A DNA stretch of 64,000 nt, from positions 13,764,001 through 13,828,000 of the forward strand of contig NC_043022.1 in NCBI RefSeq assembly GCF_006345805.1. Direction: 5' to 3'. This document shows positions 23,080 to 35,635 of the stretch, piece by piece (the first letter of the stretch is position 1; every line of letters begins with the position of its first letter). The DNA is from Octopus sinensis. Lineage: Eukaryota. The notes under the pieces were generated by a model that saw only the letters and a program-made list of their open reading frames with translations, made no database searches and was not told the origin of the DNA. The position numbers were made by a program, and so were the translations under genes.

Positions 23080-23639
23080 CTATCACCTTCTAAATATAAA
23101 CACACACACACACATCTCTATAAATAATAAAAATGTATTTCTTTACTGCCCATAATGGGCTAAACACAGAGGGGACAAACAAACGGATTAAGTCGATTAC
23201 ATCGACCCCAGTGCGTAACTGGTACTTAATTTTATCTATTTCTTTACTACCCACAAGGGGCTAAGCACAGAGGGGACAAACAAGGACAGACATAGGTATT
23301 AAGTCGATTGCATCGACCCCAGTGCATAACTGGTACTTTATTTTTATCGACCCCCGAAAGGATGAAAGGCAAAGTCGATCTCGGCTGAAACTGAACTCAG
23401 AATGTAAAGAAGGACCAAATACCGCTAAGCATCCTGCCCGGCGTGCTAAATTATTCTTATTTCTTTACTACCCACAAGGGGCTACACATAGAGGGGACAA
23501 ACAAGGACAGACATAGGTATTAAGTCGATCACATCGACACCAGTGCGTAACTGGTACTTAATTTTATCGACCCCCCCGAAAAGATGAAAGGCAAAGTCGA
23601 CCTCGGCGGAATTTGAACTCAGAACGTAACGGCAATAAT

Positions 23640-23900
23640 AATAAAAAACGATGCCGCCAATGTAAAGTCGGAATTTCTTTCGTTTCTCTCCAAGAGAAGC
23701 AAGATGTTGCAAGAATTGCAACCGATGTTGCAAAAATCGCAACCGATGTTGCAAGAGCGGAAGTGACGTAAAGTCTCCGCCTTCGACTTCCGCTTCGATT
23801 TCCCCGAAAAACAAAAAAAACGTCCAACGTTCATCATTTTATGTCGTCAGAATTTCTTGTCAGTTTCACAAAACAGCTGAGGAACGGGCAACAATATAAT
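23640..23900 (+). promoter_or_regulatory. Probable XRN1 core promoter with ETS-CRE composite GCGGAAGTGACGT (23757-23769)
   Basis: CpG-rich unique patch about 1 kb upstream of the ATG; motif read directly from the sequence. Confidence 0.5.
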
Positions 23901-24248
23901 CTCTTATATATATGTATATATATTTTTATAACACGTAGCGTGTGGTGGTTGCCATTTCATAGTGTTTATTCCTATGGGCAATCCTTGGCTGGAGGTTTAA
24001 TAAGCAGTCCTGTAACCTTTTATTTGAAAAAAACCAGTGTTTTTTCCTCATATTTATCACCAATGTCGACGAATCCCTTTCATTTTTACACAACATACAC
24101 GAATTGTCTGCTCAGATATCACTATGATTCTAGTTTATTTCCCTATTTTTGGATATTTTCGCGAGAACCACCGACACCAGCAGCATGTTTATGATGCCAT
24201 GAATAGATAGGAGACACACACACACACACCAAAAAAAAAGTTAAAAGA

Positions 24249-24286
<38 letters not shown>

Positions 24287-24807
24287 GCAGTTCCCAAGAC
24301 AGACAGACACATAGACAAGTTTATATATGTGTATATATATAAAGAGAAGAAGAAAAGTAAAAAGAAAAAATATATATATATATATGCAGTTCCCAAGACA
24401 GACACATAGACAAGTTTATATATGTGTATATATATAAAGAAGAGAAGAAAAAAAAGAGTATTATATGTATATCTCATTTCTTTATAATTGTACCTACATA
24501 ACATACATACATGTATATATATAGGTGGATATATATTACATAACTAAACGGATAAAGGGGTCTCGTTAGAAAATAGTCCCCCCAACTGCATCGACACCTG
24601 GATAATTAATAATAATTATTATAATTATAACAAGTTATTGAAAGAAAATAGAGGAGAGAGAGAGAGAGTACAAGAAAAGGACAACATATATATAAATATA
24701 TATATATATATATTATTTAGACGGACACTTACAGAAGGTATATATACACGCATATATATATATACACATATAAAAAGCAGAGGTACCGGAGTTTCAAAAC
24801 TACAATT

Positions 24808-24882
24808 ATGGGGGTACCGAAATTTTACCGTTGGATCAGCGAGCGGTACCCGTGTCTAAGTGAAGTTATTAGAGAATTTCAG
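24808..24882 (+). CDS. XRN1: XRN1 exon 1: MGVPKFYRWISERYPCLSEVIREFQ
   Basis: Canonical XRN1 N-terminus; GTAAGT donor; 75 nt. Confidence 0.97.
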
Positions 24883-25009
24883 GTAAGTCATTTTATATAT
24901 GTATATATATATATATATATATAAATATCTTATATATGTGTTATATATCTCCATGTATATATCATCACTCTGGTAAGCGATTTTGCTTTCAGATTGTTGT
25001 TTTAAATGC

Positions 25010-25741
25010 ATATCTGTGTGTACCTGTGTATATATATATATATCTGTGTATATATATATATCTGTGTATATATATATATCTGTGTATATATATATATCTG
25101 GTATATATATATATCTGTGTGTATATATATATCTGTGTGTATATATATATCTGTGTATATATATATATCTGTGTATATATATATATCTGTGTATATATAT
25201 ATATCTGTGTATATATATAATCTGTGTGTATATATATCTGTGTATATATATATATATCTATATATATATATATGTGTATATATATATATATCTGTTGTAT
25301 ATATATATAACTCTGTGTATATATATATATCTGTGTATATATATATAACTCTGTGTATATATATATGTGTGTATATATATATAACTCTGTGTATATATAT
25401 ATATGTGTGTATATATATATATGTGTGTATATATATATATGTGTGTATATATTATATATCTGTATATATGTATATATATCTGTGTATATATATATGTGTG
25501 TATATGTATATATATCTGTATGTATATATGTATATATATCTGTATGTATATATGTATATATATCTGTATGTATATATGTATATATATCTGTATGTATATA
25601 TGTATATATATCTGTATGTATATATGTATATATATCTGTATATATATGTATATATATGTGTATATATATATGTGTATATATATGTATATATATCTGTATA
25701 TATATGTATATATATCTATATATATGTGTGTGTGTGTGTAT

Positions 25742-25777
<36 letters not shown>

Positions 25778-25780
25778 GAT
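25010..25780. repeat. Compound (TA)n/TCTGTG microsatellite at the start of XRN1 intron 1
   Basis: Seen directly; source of the YIYI ORFs. Confidence 0.95.
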
Positions 25781-26242
25781 CTGTGTATTTATATGTCGAC
25801 ATTGCCTGGGAACGTTTATTAAAAAATCCGGTTAAGGTGAATTGAAATGAATATAATAAGTTTTGCACTTTTATTCTCGTAGACAAACGTAGGTACATAC
25901 AATCTAAAAAGGATCGATCGATTCATAAACAGACAGAAAATCGATAAATTCAATTAAATACCAATAGTCTAAGATTAAAAGCTAATGAAGCCATGTCTTG
26001 GGTGTTGTATACGGGTGTGTGTACAATATATCTGTCTTATATGGTAAACCTTGGGTGTGTTGAGAAATGTGTGTATGTGTGTACATGCACAAATATATAT
26101 TCGTCAAGTTGGTGTGGTGAACTACTATGGCCTGAACTGTGTTAAATATTTGCCGATTCAAGGACCACCGATAAATTTCCTTTAAAGTTTTCTGAATTTA
26201 ATTTAAAGCATAGACATTGTTATGGGGCGGGTGTGTTTCTCT

Positions 26243-26328
<86 letters not shown>

Positions 26329-26892
26329 GTGTGCGTTTCCTTAAATGTCAAAAGTGTTCCTCTATAAAAGAAAAAACTGCTAACTTCACGTTGTTGGCTG
26401 TTATTAATAGGAAGGCGTCGAGTTTCAAAAATATCACTACACACACACACACTTTATATATATGTGTGTGTGTGTGTATGTGTATTATTTATATATATAT
26501 ATATACGTATGTGTGTGTATATATGTCTATATATATATACACATATACCCAGAGTAACCCCAGAGTGTGCTTCTTCTAAAAGTGATATATATATATATAT
26601 ATAGTATAAATATATATTTGTATATGCCTATATGACAATCTTTTAATAGCTGCAAGATTGCCACCTATATATATATATATATATATTTACATAATATTGA
26701 GGTCTCTTTCTTTCTTTTGTTATCTTACCGTTTTATCAATATATATATTGCATTACCTCTGGATATCCTTGTTGCTTATTTTGATTATAATCACCCCATT
26801 TTGATTTATATGGATAATACCATACTAAATTCTGGTGCCTTTAACATATGTACCATATTCAACTAAATCTAAAATTTACTGAACTTAGTGTG

Positions 26893-26968
<76 letters not shown>

Positions 26969-27116
26969 CACATACAGACATATGCAATCAATATAGTATA
27001 TAACTCATAAACCAGGTCAGGACCGAATGACAGAAAATGGACAACAGCCATCGACCGATCAACCACAGTTTAAACTTAGGATTAAAAACACCCCAGTCCC
27101 CTCCAGAAGAAACCTT

Positions 27117-27402
27117 GGTACTTGTGGGATACAAGGGTCCCGAAATATTGACTTAACGACACAAGGGGCCCGACAGTTGATGAATCGATCTGTAAATTCT
27201 TGAGTGTTTTTAATCTAGTTTTTTAAATTTTTATTTCGAATTCTTTTATAGTTATTCATTTTATTGTGCTATACGATAGAAATAATTATAAAACAAAATA
27301 TGTTCATATTATTGTATGGTTAAGCCAAGTATTTCGGGACCCATGCCGGGCCCCTTACGTCGTTAAGTCAATAATTCTGGACCCACGAATTCGACAGGTA
27401 CC
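27117..27402. mobile_element. MITE with GGTAC termini and 8-bp TSD (GAAACCTT/GAAACGTT)
   Basis: About 55-bp imperfect inverted arms. Confidence 0.65.
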
Positions 27403-27701
27403 GAAACGTTTCCAAAATAAAAATTGCTAGCCTAGAATTTCGTCAAGATAACTGCTAAAGCAGTTTTTGTTGTTCATTTACCTGCTAATTTTCAAATTCT
27501 AGTTCAGTATTATAATTAAGCGAATCAGGTCAATATGTCCATTTAAATGTGTTTCGTGTTTTTCATAAAACTTCCTTAACCTCTTATAAATAATTTCGCT
27601 TTTGCTCTCTCATCCCATTTAACAAACACTTCGACATATGTGCAAGTACTCACACACACACAGACACACATATACATACATCATCAAACATACATACGTT
27701 C

Positions 27702-27740
<39 letters not shown>

Positions 27741-30700
27741 ACGGGAAGGTTTACGAAAATAAACAAACAATTGTATTAGTATAGCGCTCAGGAATAGAAA
27801 TAGAACAAGTCTTTTATGTTTCGAGCCTACGCTCTTCAACAGAAAGACACTCAGAAAAATACATATATATATATATATATATACTATTTATTTATTATTT
27901 CGTACTTTTAGTTCTAGGTAAATGTTTTATCGTATCTTTAACTTTTTTTCTATATGGTATATCATTTAAGTATATCATTGTTGAATTGCTACATGGTGGT
28001 TCTTTAATTTATATACATGTGTGTGTGTATATGTATATATATATATATATATAATATAATATATATATATATATATATTATTCAAAGGAATTCCAACTCT
28101 GTTTTTAATGTTTTATTTATATTCTTTATAATATTAATGTAGAATATAGAATATATAGTATAAATAGTATATATAGTGTAAAAATGAAATGAAGTATTGA
28201 TTGTCTTATAGAATAGATGAATATTGAATATCAAATATTAAGGGACTAGTATACTGTCTTGCATTTAAGCAGTCTTCAAGGTCCCAGGTTGTGACAGGAG
28301 TGTTTCAAATATATATATATATATGTAAAAAAATACAAACTGGGACAAGAACGCAAAACATTTAGAAGACGATACAAAAAACACGGACGGGACATTCGAA
28401 GCCTTCAATCTTCAGTCAAGAACCGTATCATCCTCGCAATTTCGGCTAGAAATTTATAACATAATATGAGGCTAAGAAGAATAAGTATCGAGGCAAAAGT
28501 TTGCTCCAATTTTAGGATAGAAATAAGTAAAAATAAGAATCTAATTAAATTACAATAAGAAAAGAAACCAATGAGTTTCGTTTTGACAATGTCGTTGGGT
28601 CACAGTAAGTGGCTCTTGGTGTTTAAGTGTGTTTAAATGACTGTTGGCTTTTGTTAAGGAAATTTGTCGCTTCTCGAGTTGTTTTAGACGATGGGTGGGC
28701 GTGGATATGCGAAGTTGTTTAAAGTGAAAGTTCAATAGTTAGGTGGAAAGCGTAACCGAACTTCCACTTGTCTACACTTGATTTAATGGCTTCAAGAGGA
28801 TGTCTGAGTTACGCAAACAAAATTTGGGAGTCCAATTCATGGCCACATATCCACAGACTACATACAGGCTCAACGGAGTTTAAATATTAGAAACGGAAGA
28901 TCCTTCTTGGATCATCATCATCATCGTTTGACGTCCGTTTTCCATGCTAGCATGGGTTGGACGGTTCGACTGGGGTCTGGGAAGCCAGGAGGCTGCGCCA
29001 GGCCCAGTCTGATCTGGTAGTGTTTCTACAGCTGGATGCCCTTCCTAACGCCATGAAGGAATATATATATATATATATTAAAAGCGAAATTTTGTCCGTC
29101 TGGGACCTGTGTATCGCAGTCTATATTTGCTCTATATAGACATATACCTTTTTTTAGAATCGGGGGGCTGATCCCAGGATTGAAAATCTGCCCTTCATTT
29201 GGTTATTGGATACCCAGCATTGGGATCTGATTTAAAAGTATTTGGGTTGCTATTTTTGGCAGGTAAAGCGACCGTGAGAGGTGCAAGAGTTATCTCCCTT
29301 AGCTTTTAAGTTTTACTATGGAATTTAGTGGTTCTTTATCTTTTTTAGTCATTCGACTGCGGCCATGCTGGGGCACCCCTCGAAGAATTTTAATCAACAG
29401 CCAGTTCTTTTTTATTGGTCTTTTTTACCGAACCGCCAAGTTATGTGAACGTAAACGCAGCAACACCGGTTACCAAGCGGTGGCGGGGGACAAACACAAA
29501 GTCACAATACATATATGCATACATCATCATCATCTTCATCATTTAACGTCCGTTCTCCATGCTGGCATGGGTTGGACGGTTTGACCATGGCTGGAAGGCT
29601 GCACCAGATTCCAGTTTCTTTTGGTACGGTTTTCTGTGGCTGGATGCCCTTCCTAATGCCAACCACTCTAAAAGTGTAATGGGTGCTTTAACGTGCCACC
29701 GGCATGGGCGCTATTTGCGTGACACCAGTATCAGTCATGACTGCAGCTTTGCTCGGCTTGATGGGTCTTCATCTCAAGCATGACGTAATGCCAAAGGTCT
29801 GTCTTTGCCTCTGTGAGGCCCAACCCACGAAAGGAACTCTGCCACATTTAAGCCTAATTTAAAGTAATACCATATTAGTAGGGTGCCAGTAAATGCCATG
29901 AAACCACCCCAATTCTGGGGAGAGGGTGTTTTCAAGTTAAAGAAAATGCAACAAAATGGTTCGTATTTGGTTGATTAATAATGTAATGGCAAGTGTTTAT
30001 TGACCTTTTCCTTTCCTTTAAAAATCGGCACGAACTTTCCAGACAACCCAATATATTCTCTTTTACTCTTTTACTTGTTTCAGTCATTTGACTGCGGCCA
30101 TGCTGGAGCACCGCCTTTAGTTGAGCAAATCGACCCCCAGGACTTATTCTTTGTAAGCCCAGTACTTATTCTATTGGCCTCTTTTGCCGAACCGCTAAGT
30201 TACGGGGACGTAAACACACCAGCATCGGTTGTCAAGCAATACTAGGGGGACAAACACGCACGCACACACATATATATATATATACATATATACGACGGGC
30301 TTCTTTCAGTTTCCGTCTACCAAATCCACTCACAAGGCATTGGTCGGCCCAGGGCTACAGTAGAAGACACTTGCCCAAGATGCCACGCAGTGGGACTGAA
30401 CCCGGAACCATGTGGTTGGTTAGCAAGCTACTTACCACACAGCCACTCCTGCGCCTATATATTGATGAGTTTTATCGAGTTGTCACTCTGTCCAAATTGG
30501 CAACTCTGTTGCAGGTGGAATAAACATCAGAGTTACTCAGAGGTTTTGTGACCTCTTCCTCTGACTCCATCGCAATATCAGAAACCTTTTCGCATCATCA
30601 CCAGTTTCCTAGGGTCACAAACATTTTACCCTGGGTCCCGTATGCTTGGCTTAAGTTAGGGCAGCAAATGATGGCATTAATTATAACATGAATATTATAC

Positions 30701-33273
30701 AAGATTTAAGCTTCTTTTTTTTGTATAAATCTCTATTGGCATCACGTGTCTGCTTTTTATGCTGGCATGGGTTGGATGAGTCATGGCATACTTACATTAA
30801 ATTAATGGACTACTCAGTCTATTAGTTATAACACCATCTATCTTTTACATTCTACTTGTATCTGTCGTTGGGCCACCTTGAAGAATTTTTAATCAAATGA
30901 ACTGACCCTGGTAGTTTTTCTTTAACCTGGTATTTATTCTATTGATCTCTTTCACTGAACTGCGAAGTTACAGAAATGTAAACAGATGAATATGTTGACA
31001 AAGGACCGAAATATCTGGTGCCTTGCCGCACTCCAGAAGACACGTCTGCAACTGCAGAATTGATACTAGTGCTTTGATACTGATGCTGGTGCCACATGAA
31101 AAACACCCGGTACACTCTGTGGAATGGTTGGCATTAGGAAGGGCATCTGGCTTTAGAAACTGTGCCAGAAAAGACAATGGAACCTGGTGAATCCCCCCAG
31201 GCTTACCAGTTCTGGTTGAACCATCCAACCCATGCCAGCATGGAAAACAGATGTTAAATGATGATGATGATAATGATGCCCTTGATGTTAATTAGCCATT
31301 ATCTGTTTTTCGAGTGAGGGACCTCTTATTCTACGTGGCTTTGAAGGCATGAAGCAGGCAGGTGGTTTATTGATGGGAGAAATGCCAATGAGAACAACGC
31401 TATGAAGAATGTGAAGGCATTTGCCTCCATCTATCTTCTACACTTTCCCAACCTCCCCAGCACCACCTCCTCCTCCTCATCATCATCATCAATATAAGCA
31501 CTTCCCTCCAGTTATCGCTACCACTTCAACTCATGCTGATGTATCCAGCTCTACTCCTCCTCTTCCTGCTGAGTTTGCCACTTCATGTTTGTTGTTACCA
31601 CATCATCATCATCATTTAACGTTCACCTTCCATGCTGGCATGGGTCGGGCAGTTTCTCACGAGCCTAGCTGGCCAGACAGAAGCCTGCTCCAGGCTTCCG
31701 TAACTGTTTTGGCAGGATTTTCACAGCTGGATGCCCTTCCTTACACCAACCAGTCAGCAGAGTGATCCAATAGGTGTCGCTGTGTAGTTAAAAGGTTGGG
31801 TTCCCAACCAAACTCCAATGCATTCTGTAAAGTGTTCAGTAAATAAGCCGAGACTAGGGTCAAGAAACCCCTTCCATCTGTCTAGAGATACTCCTCTTAT
31901 TACTAGCAGCAAGGCCACCTCTCTGGTGCTGGTGCCATGATAAACTGTACCCAGGACATTCTGTAAAATGATTGGTGTTAAGTAAGGCGTCAAGCTACAG
32001 AAACCCACTGCACACTACCTTGGGCAGGTGTCTTCTACTATAGCCCAAGGCCAATCAGTGCTTTGTGAGTGGATTTGGTTGACAGAAACCGAAAGAAGCC
32101 TGTCACACGCACACACAGAAGGAGTTGGGGTATGTTTGTTATTTCTTTATTGTCCACAAGGGGCTAAACACAGAGAGGACAAACAAGGACAGACAAACAG
32201 ATTAAGTTGATTGCATCGATCCCCAGTGCGTAACTGGTACTTAATTTATTGACCCTGAAAGGATGAAAGGCAAAGTCGACCTCGGTGGAATTTGAACTCA
32301 GAATGTAGCGGCAGACGAAATATCGCTAAGTATTTCGCTCGGTGTATTAACGTTTCTGCCAGGTCACCGCCTTTCCTTTCATGAGGGTATGTTTGTGTCT
32401 CCTTGTCTTGACATCACATGGGAGTTGTAAATGAGCCTCAATGTCATACAAGCAGTGTCATTCCTTTCCATTATTCTGTGAAACCATGTCTGGCCATGGG
32501 GAAATATTCTTTTCTACTCTAGGCACAAGGCTCGAAATTTTTGGAGAAGGGTGCCAGTCGATTAGATTGATCCCAATATGCAACTGGTACTTAATTTATC
32601 AACCCCCGAAAGGATGAAAGGCAAAGTTGACCTCAGCAGAATTTGAACTCAGAACAACGTAAAGACAGATGAAATACCTATTTCTATTTCTTTATTACCC
32701 ACAAGGGGCTAAACATAGAGGGGACAGACATAGGTATTAAGTCGATTACATCGACCCCAGTGCGTAACTGGTACTTAATTTATCGACCCCGAAAGGATGA
32801 AAGGCTAAGTTGACCTCAGCAGAATTTGAACTCAGAATAACGTAAAGACAGATGAAATACCTATTTCTATTTCTTTATTACCCACAAGGGGCTAAACATA
32901 GAGGGGACAGACATAGGTATTAAGTCGATTACATCGACCCCAGTGCGTAACTGGTACTTAATTTATCGACCCCGAAAGGATGAAAGGCTAAGTTGACCTC
33001 AGCAGAATTTGAACTCAGAATAACGTAAAGACAGATGAAATACCGCTAAGCTTTTCCCCCAGCGTGCTACTGTTTCTACCAGCTTACCACCTTGGCCATG
33101 GGGAAATATTACCTTGCTTGGAAACAGGTGAGGATTGGTGACAGGTAGAGGTATCCACCTGCAGGGAACCTACCTCAATAAACTCCACCTGATCCATAGA
33201 AAAATATAGAAAATTGGATGTTAAATGATGATGGCGAGTATTTTATTTTCTTCTCCTTCTTCTTCCTTTTCAG

Positions 33274-33405
33274 ATTCCAGTATTTGATAACTTATATTTG
33301 GACATGAATGGCATCATCCATCTTTGTTCCCATCCGGAAGATGATAATCCACATTTCAGAATTACAGAGGAGGACATTTTTATTCATATTTTTCAGTACA
33401 TAGAA
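33274..33405 (+). CDS. XRN1: XRN1 exon 2: IPVFDNLYLDMNGIIHLCSHPEDDNPHFRITEEDIFIHIFQYIE
   Basis: FDNLYLDMNGIIH catalytic motif; ttttcAG / GTAAGT; 132 nt. Confidence 0.97.
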
Positions 33406-33451
33406 GTAAGTTGCTTCTTTTGTAATTGCATACACACACGCACGCACCAAG

Positions 33452-33491
<40 letters not shown>

Positions 33492-33665
33492 CATGCACCG
33501 ACAGGTGAAGAGAAGAGCATCCATTCACAGAATTTCTCTCTCAAATAATTCCTTGTCTGACCCATGCTAACATAGAAAAAAAGAACATTAATTAAATGAC
33601 TGAATGAATAGATACATGTGTGTGTAACTACTTGGATTTTAGGTATAGGTCTTTTACTATGTTGA

Positions 33666-33891
33666 TTAACCCTTTAGTGTTCAGATTACTCTTAAATGTA
33701 ATACTTTTCCACTCAAATTGTTTTGAATTAATCATGCATTATCTTATAGCTTTGAGGTTTCAGTGATGTGATTGTTTATTTATAGAATGATATTGTAGGG
33801 TGGGTGTGAGAGGCTAGATATGGCCAGTTTGAATATAAAACATGTAGGATATTTGGGACGGATATGGCCAGTTTAAACACTAAAGGGTTAA
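33666..33891. mobile_element. piggyBac-like MITE in XRN1 intron 2
   Basis: TTAA CCCTTTAG ... CTAAAGGG TTAA. Confidence 0.8.
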
Positions 33892-34064
33892 AGTATGGAG
33901 AGTGAACAACATGATTGCAGAATGCTGAAAGCACGAGTTTCTGTTGGGCTGGTCATGTTGCAAGGGTCATAGAAAACAGGTGACCCATGCAGTTGCTGAG
34001 TGGTATCCAAGAGATGAGAAAAGGGCCACTCAGAAAGCCACCACAATGATGGGAAGATGATTTA

Positions 34065-34223
34065 CTGTACTTTAATGTGTATAAGGAACCCCCTAATTTC
34101 TTGGGTTTAAAATTTGGAAAAAGGTTTTGTAAGGGATTATGATACTATCCTTGTATAAGAAACTCCCATATTTTTTAAACCTAATTTTTGACAAAAAAGG
34201 GTTTCCTACACATTAAAATACGG
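34065..34223. mobile_element. Tigger/pogo-like TA-flanked MITE
   Basis: TA|CTGTACTTTAATGTGTA ... TACACATTAAAATACGG|TA. Confidence 0.65.
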
Positions 34224-34588
34224 TACTTAAATGATTTGGGCCAAAATGGAAAAGCACGGCACATTCAAGTAAGAATTGGAAATGCATTGTGGCTGATAGT
34301 TGGGTCAGTACAGTGATATTATACTAACAAAATATGGTATTTTATGCTTTATAAAACATACACTCGTTTCATCTACTTACTGCCAGGATTACGTAACTGC
34401 TTGTTGAAACATTTTATCAAAACACCTCTTCAGTGTTGAGCAAAAAAGAAATCCTGGGTTGGTGTTAACTGGAAGAGGTTGTGTGTTTCCTGTTCTCATT
34501 TACATTCCCTCTCTTGTTCACACACACACACACACACACACATCCTCTCTGATTAGTCTTTTGTGATATTTATCTTTCTGTGTTCCAG

Positions 34589-34689
34589 TTTTTATTCCAA
34601 ATGATTAAACCATGTAAAGTCTTCTTTATGGCCATTGATGGAGTTGCTCCTCGAGCAAAGATGAACCAACAAAGAGGGAGACGATTCAG
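34589..34689 (+). CDS. XRN1: XRN1 exon 3: [33 protein letters not shown](R)
   Basis: [13 protein letters not shown] motif; ccAG / GTGAGT; 101 nt. Confidence 0.97.
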
Positions 34690-35098
34690 GTGAGTTCCAG
34701 CATCGATAGCAACGTTTAACACAAAACAACAATCGCCAACGACAAAAACAAAAAAAGCAACAACTTTAAGAACTTTATTTTATGTAAGAGAAAAAAAAAA
34801 AATGAGAAATGAAATATGGATGTGCTTCAGCTAGATCAGACATAATCTTAAACCAACCACCTGTACAGCTCTCACCTGTAATATTACATAATTATAAAAT
34901 ATTATATTACGATATACAGATGCAGGTGTTGCAGTATGGCTAAGGAGTTTGCTTCACAGTCTGGTGGTTTTAGCTTCAGTGCCATTTACATTCGACGGAT
35001 ATTTGTCCTCATCTTGTTTGTTTTCGGCTGATATACCCTTTCAGAAGGATAGGAAAATATTAGATTCATAAGCCCTAAAAATCACTCCATATTTGCCC

Positions 35099-35350
35099 AC
35101 GGGCATATGGCGTAGTGGTTAAGAGCACGGGCTACTAACTCCAAGATTCTGAGTTTAATACCAGGCAGTAACCTGAATAATAATAATAATAATGATAATA
35201 ATAATATCAAAAAATACCTTAGGAATGAGAACCCAGGTTTGAAATTCCCCCAAGACACCTGATGAAGGCTGGAGGGTACATCAGCTGAAATTCTGTGTTA
35301 ACAACAAACAAGATGAGGACAAATATTCATCAAATGTAAACAATGTAAAT
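35099..35350 (+). mobile_element. Composite repeat: tRNA-like Pol III head + (AAT)n + hammerhead-like module
   Basis: A-box TGGCGTAGTGG at 35108-35118, degenerate B-box at about 35153-35161, GACAC-CTGATGA-A-GGCTG...CAGCT-GAAA at 35254-35290; the module recurs at 61478-61572 and partially (minus strand) at about 34985-35045. Confidence 0.6.
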
Positions 35351-35537
35351 AATGTAAAGGGTTGTGTTCTTTATGGTTGTTTATGGATTTGTCTATGTGT
35401 ACCTTTGTCATTGTGGAAAAGAATATACTGGTGCATATGTGTTTGTGTATGCATGTGTGTGTGTGTGTGTATATTTGTATGTGTGTGCATTTGTATTGCC
35501 ATTTTTTCCACCATTCTTCCTTCGTTTCAATTCCCAG

Positions 35538-35635
35538 GTCTGCCCGTGAAGCTGAAAATTTGATAAACCAAGCCAAAGAGCGTGGTGAAGTGTTGCCAAC
35601 AGAAAAACGATTCGATTCAAATTGTATTACACCAG
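35538..35635 (+). CDS. XRN1: XRN1 exon 4: SAREAENLINQAKERGEVLPTEKRFDSNCITP(G)
   Basis: FDSNCITPG motif; cccAG / GTTCGT; 98 nt. Confidence 0.96.

Noticed and set aside
28380-28440. Minus-strand CUGAAGA...GAAU-GUC as another hammerhead
   Set aside because: GAAA is not intact and no stem I pairing was found
35099-35175. Functional tRNA genes (also at about 13800-13880, 39730-39800 and 63285-63360)
   Set aside because: A/B-box heads without a complete cloverleaf, continuing into SINE bodies
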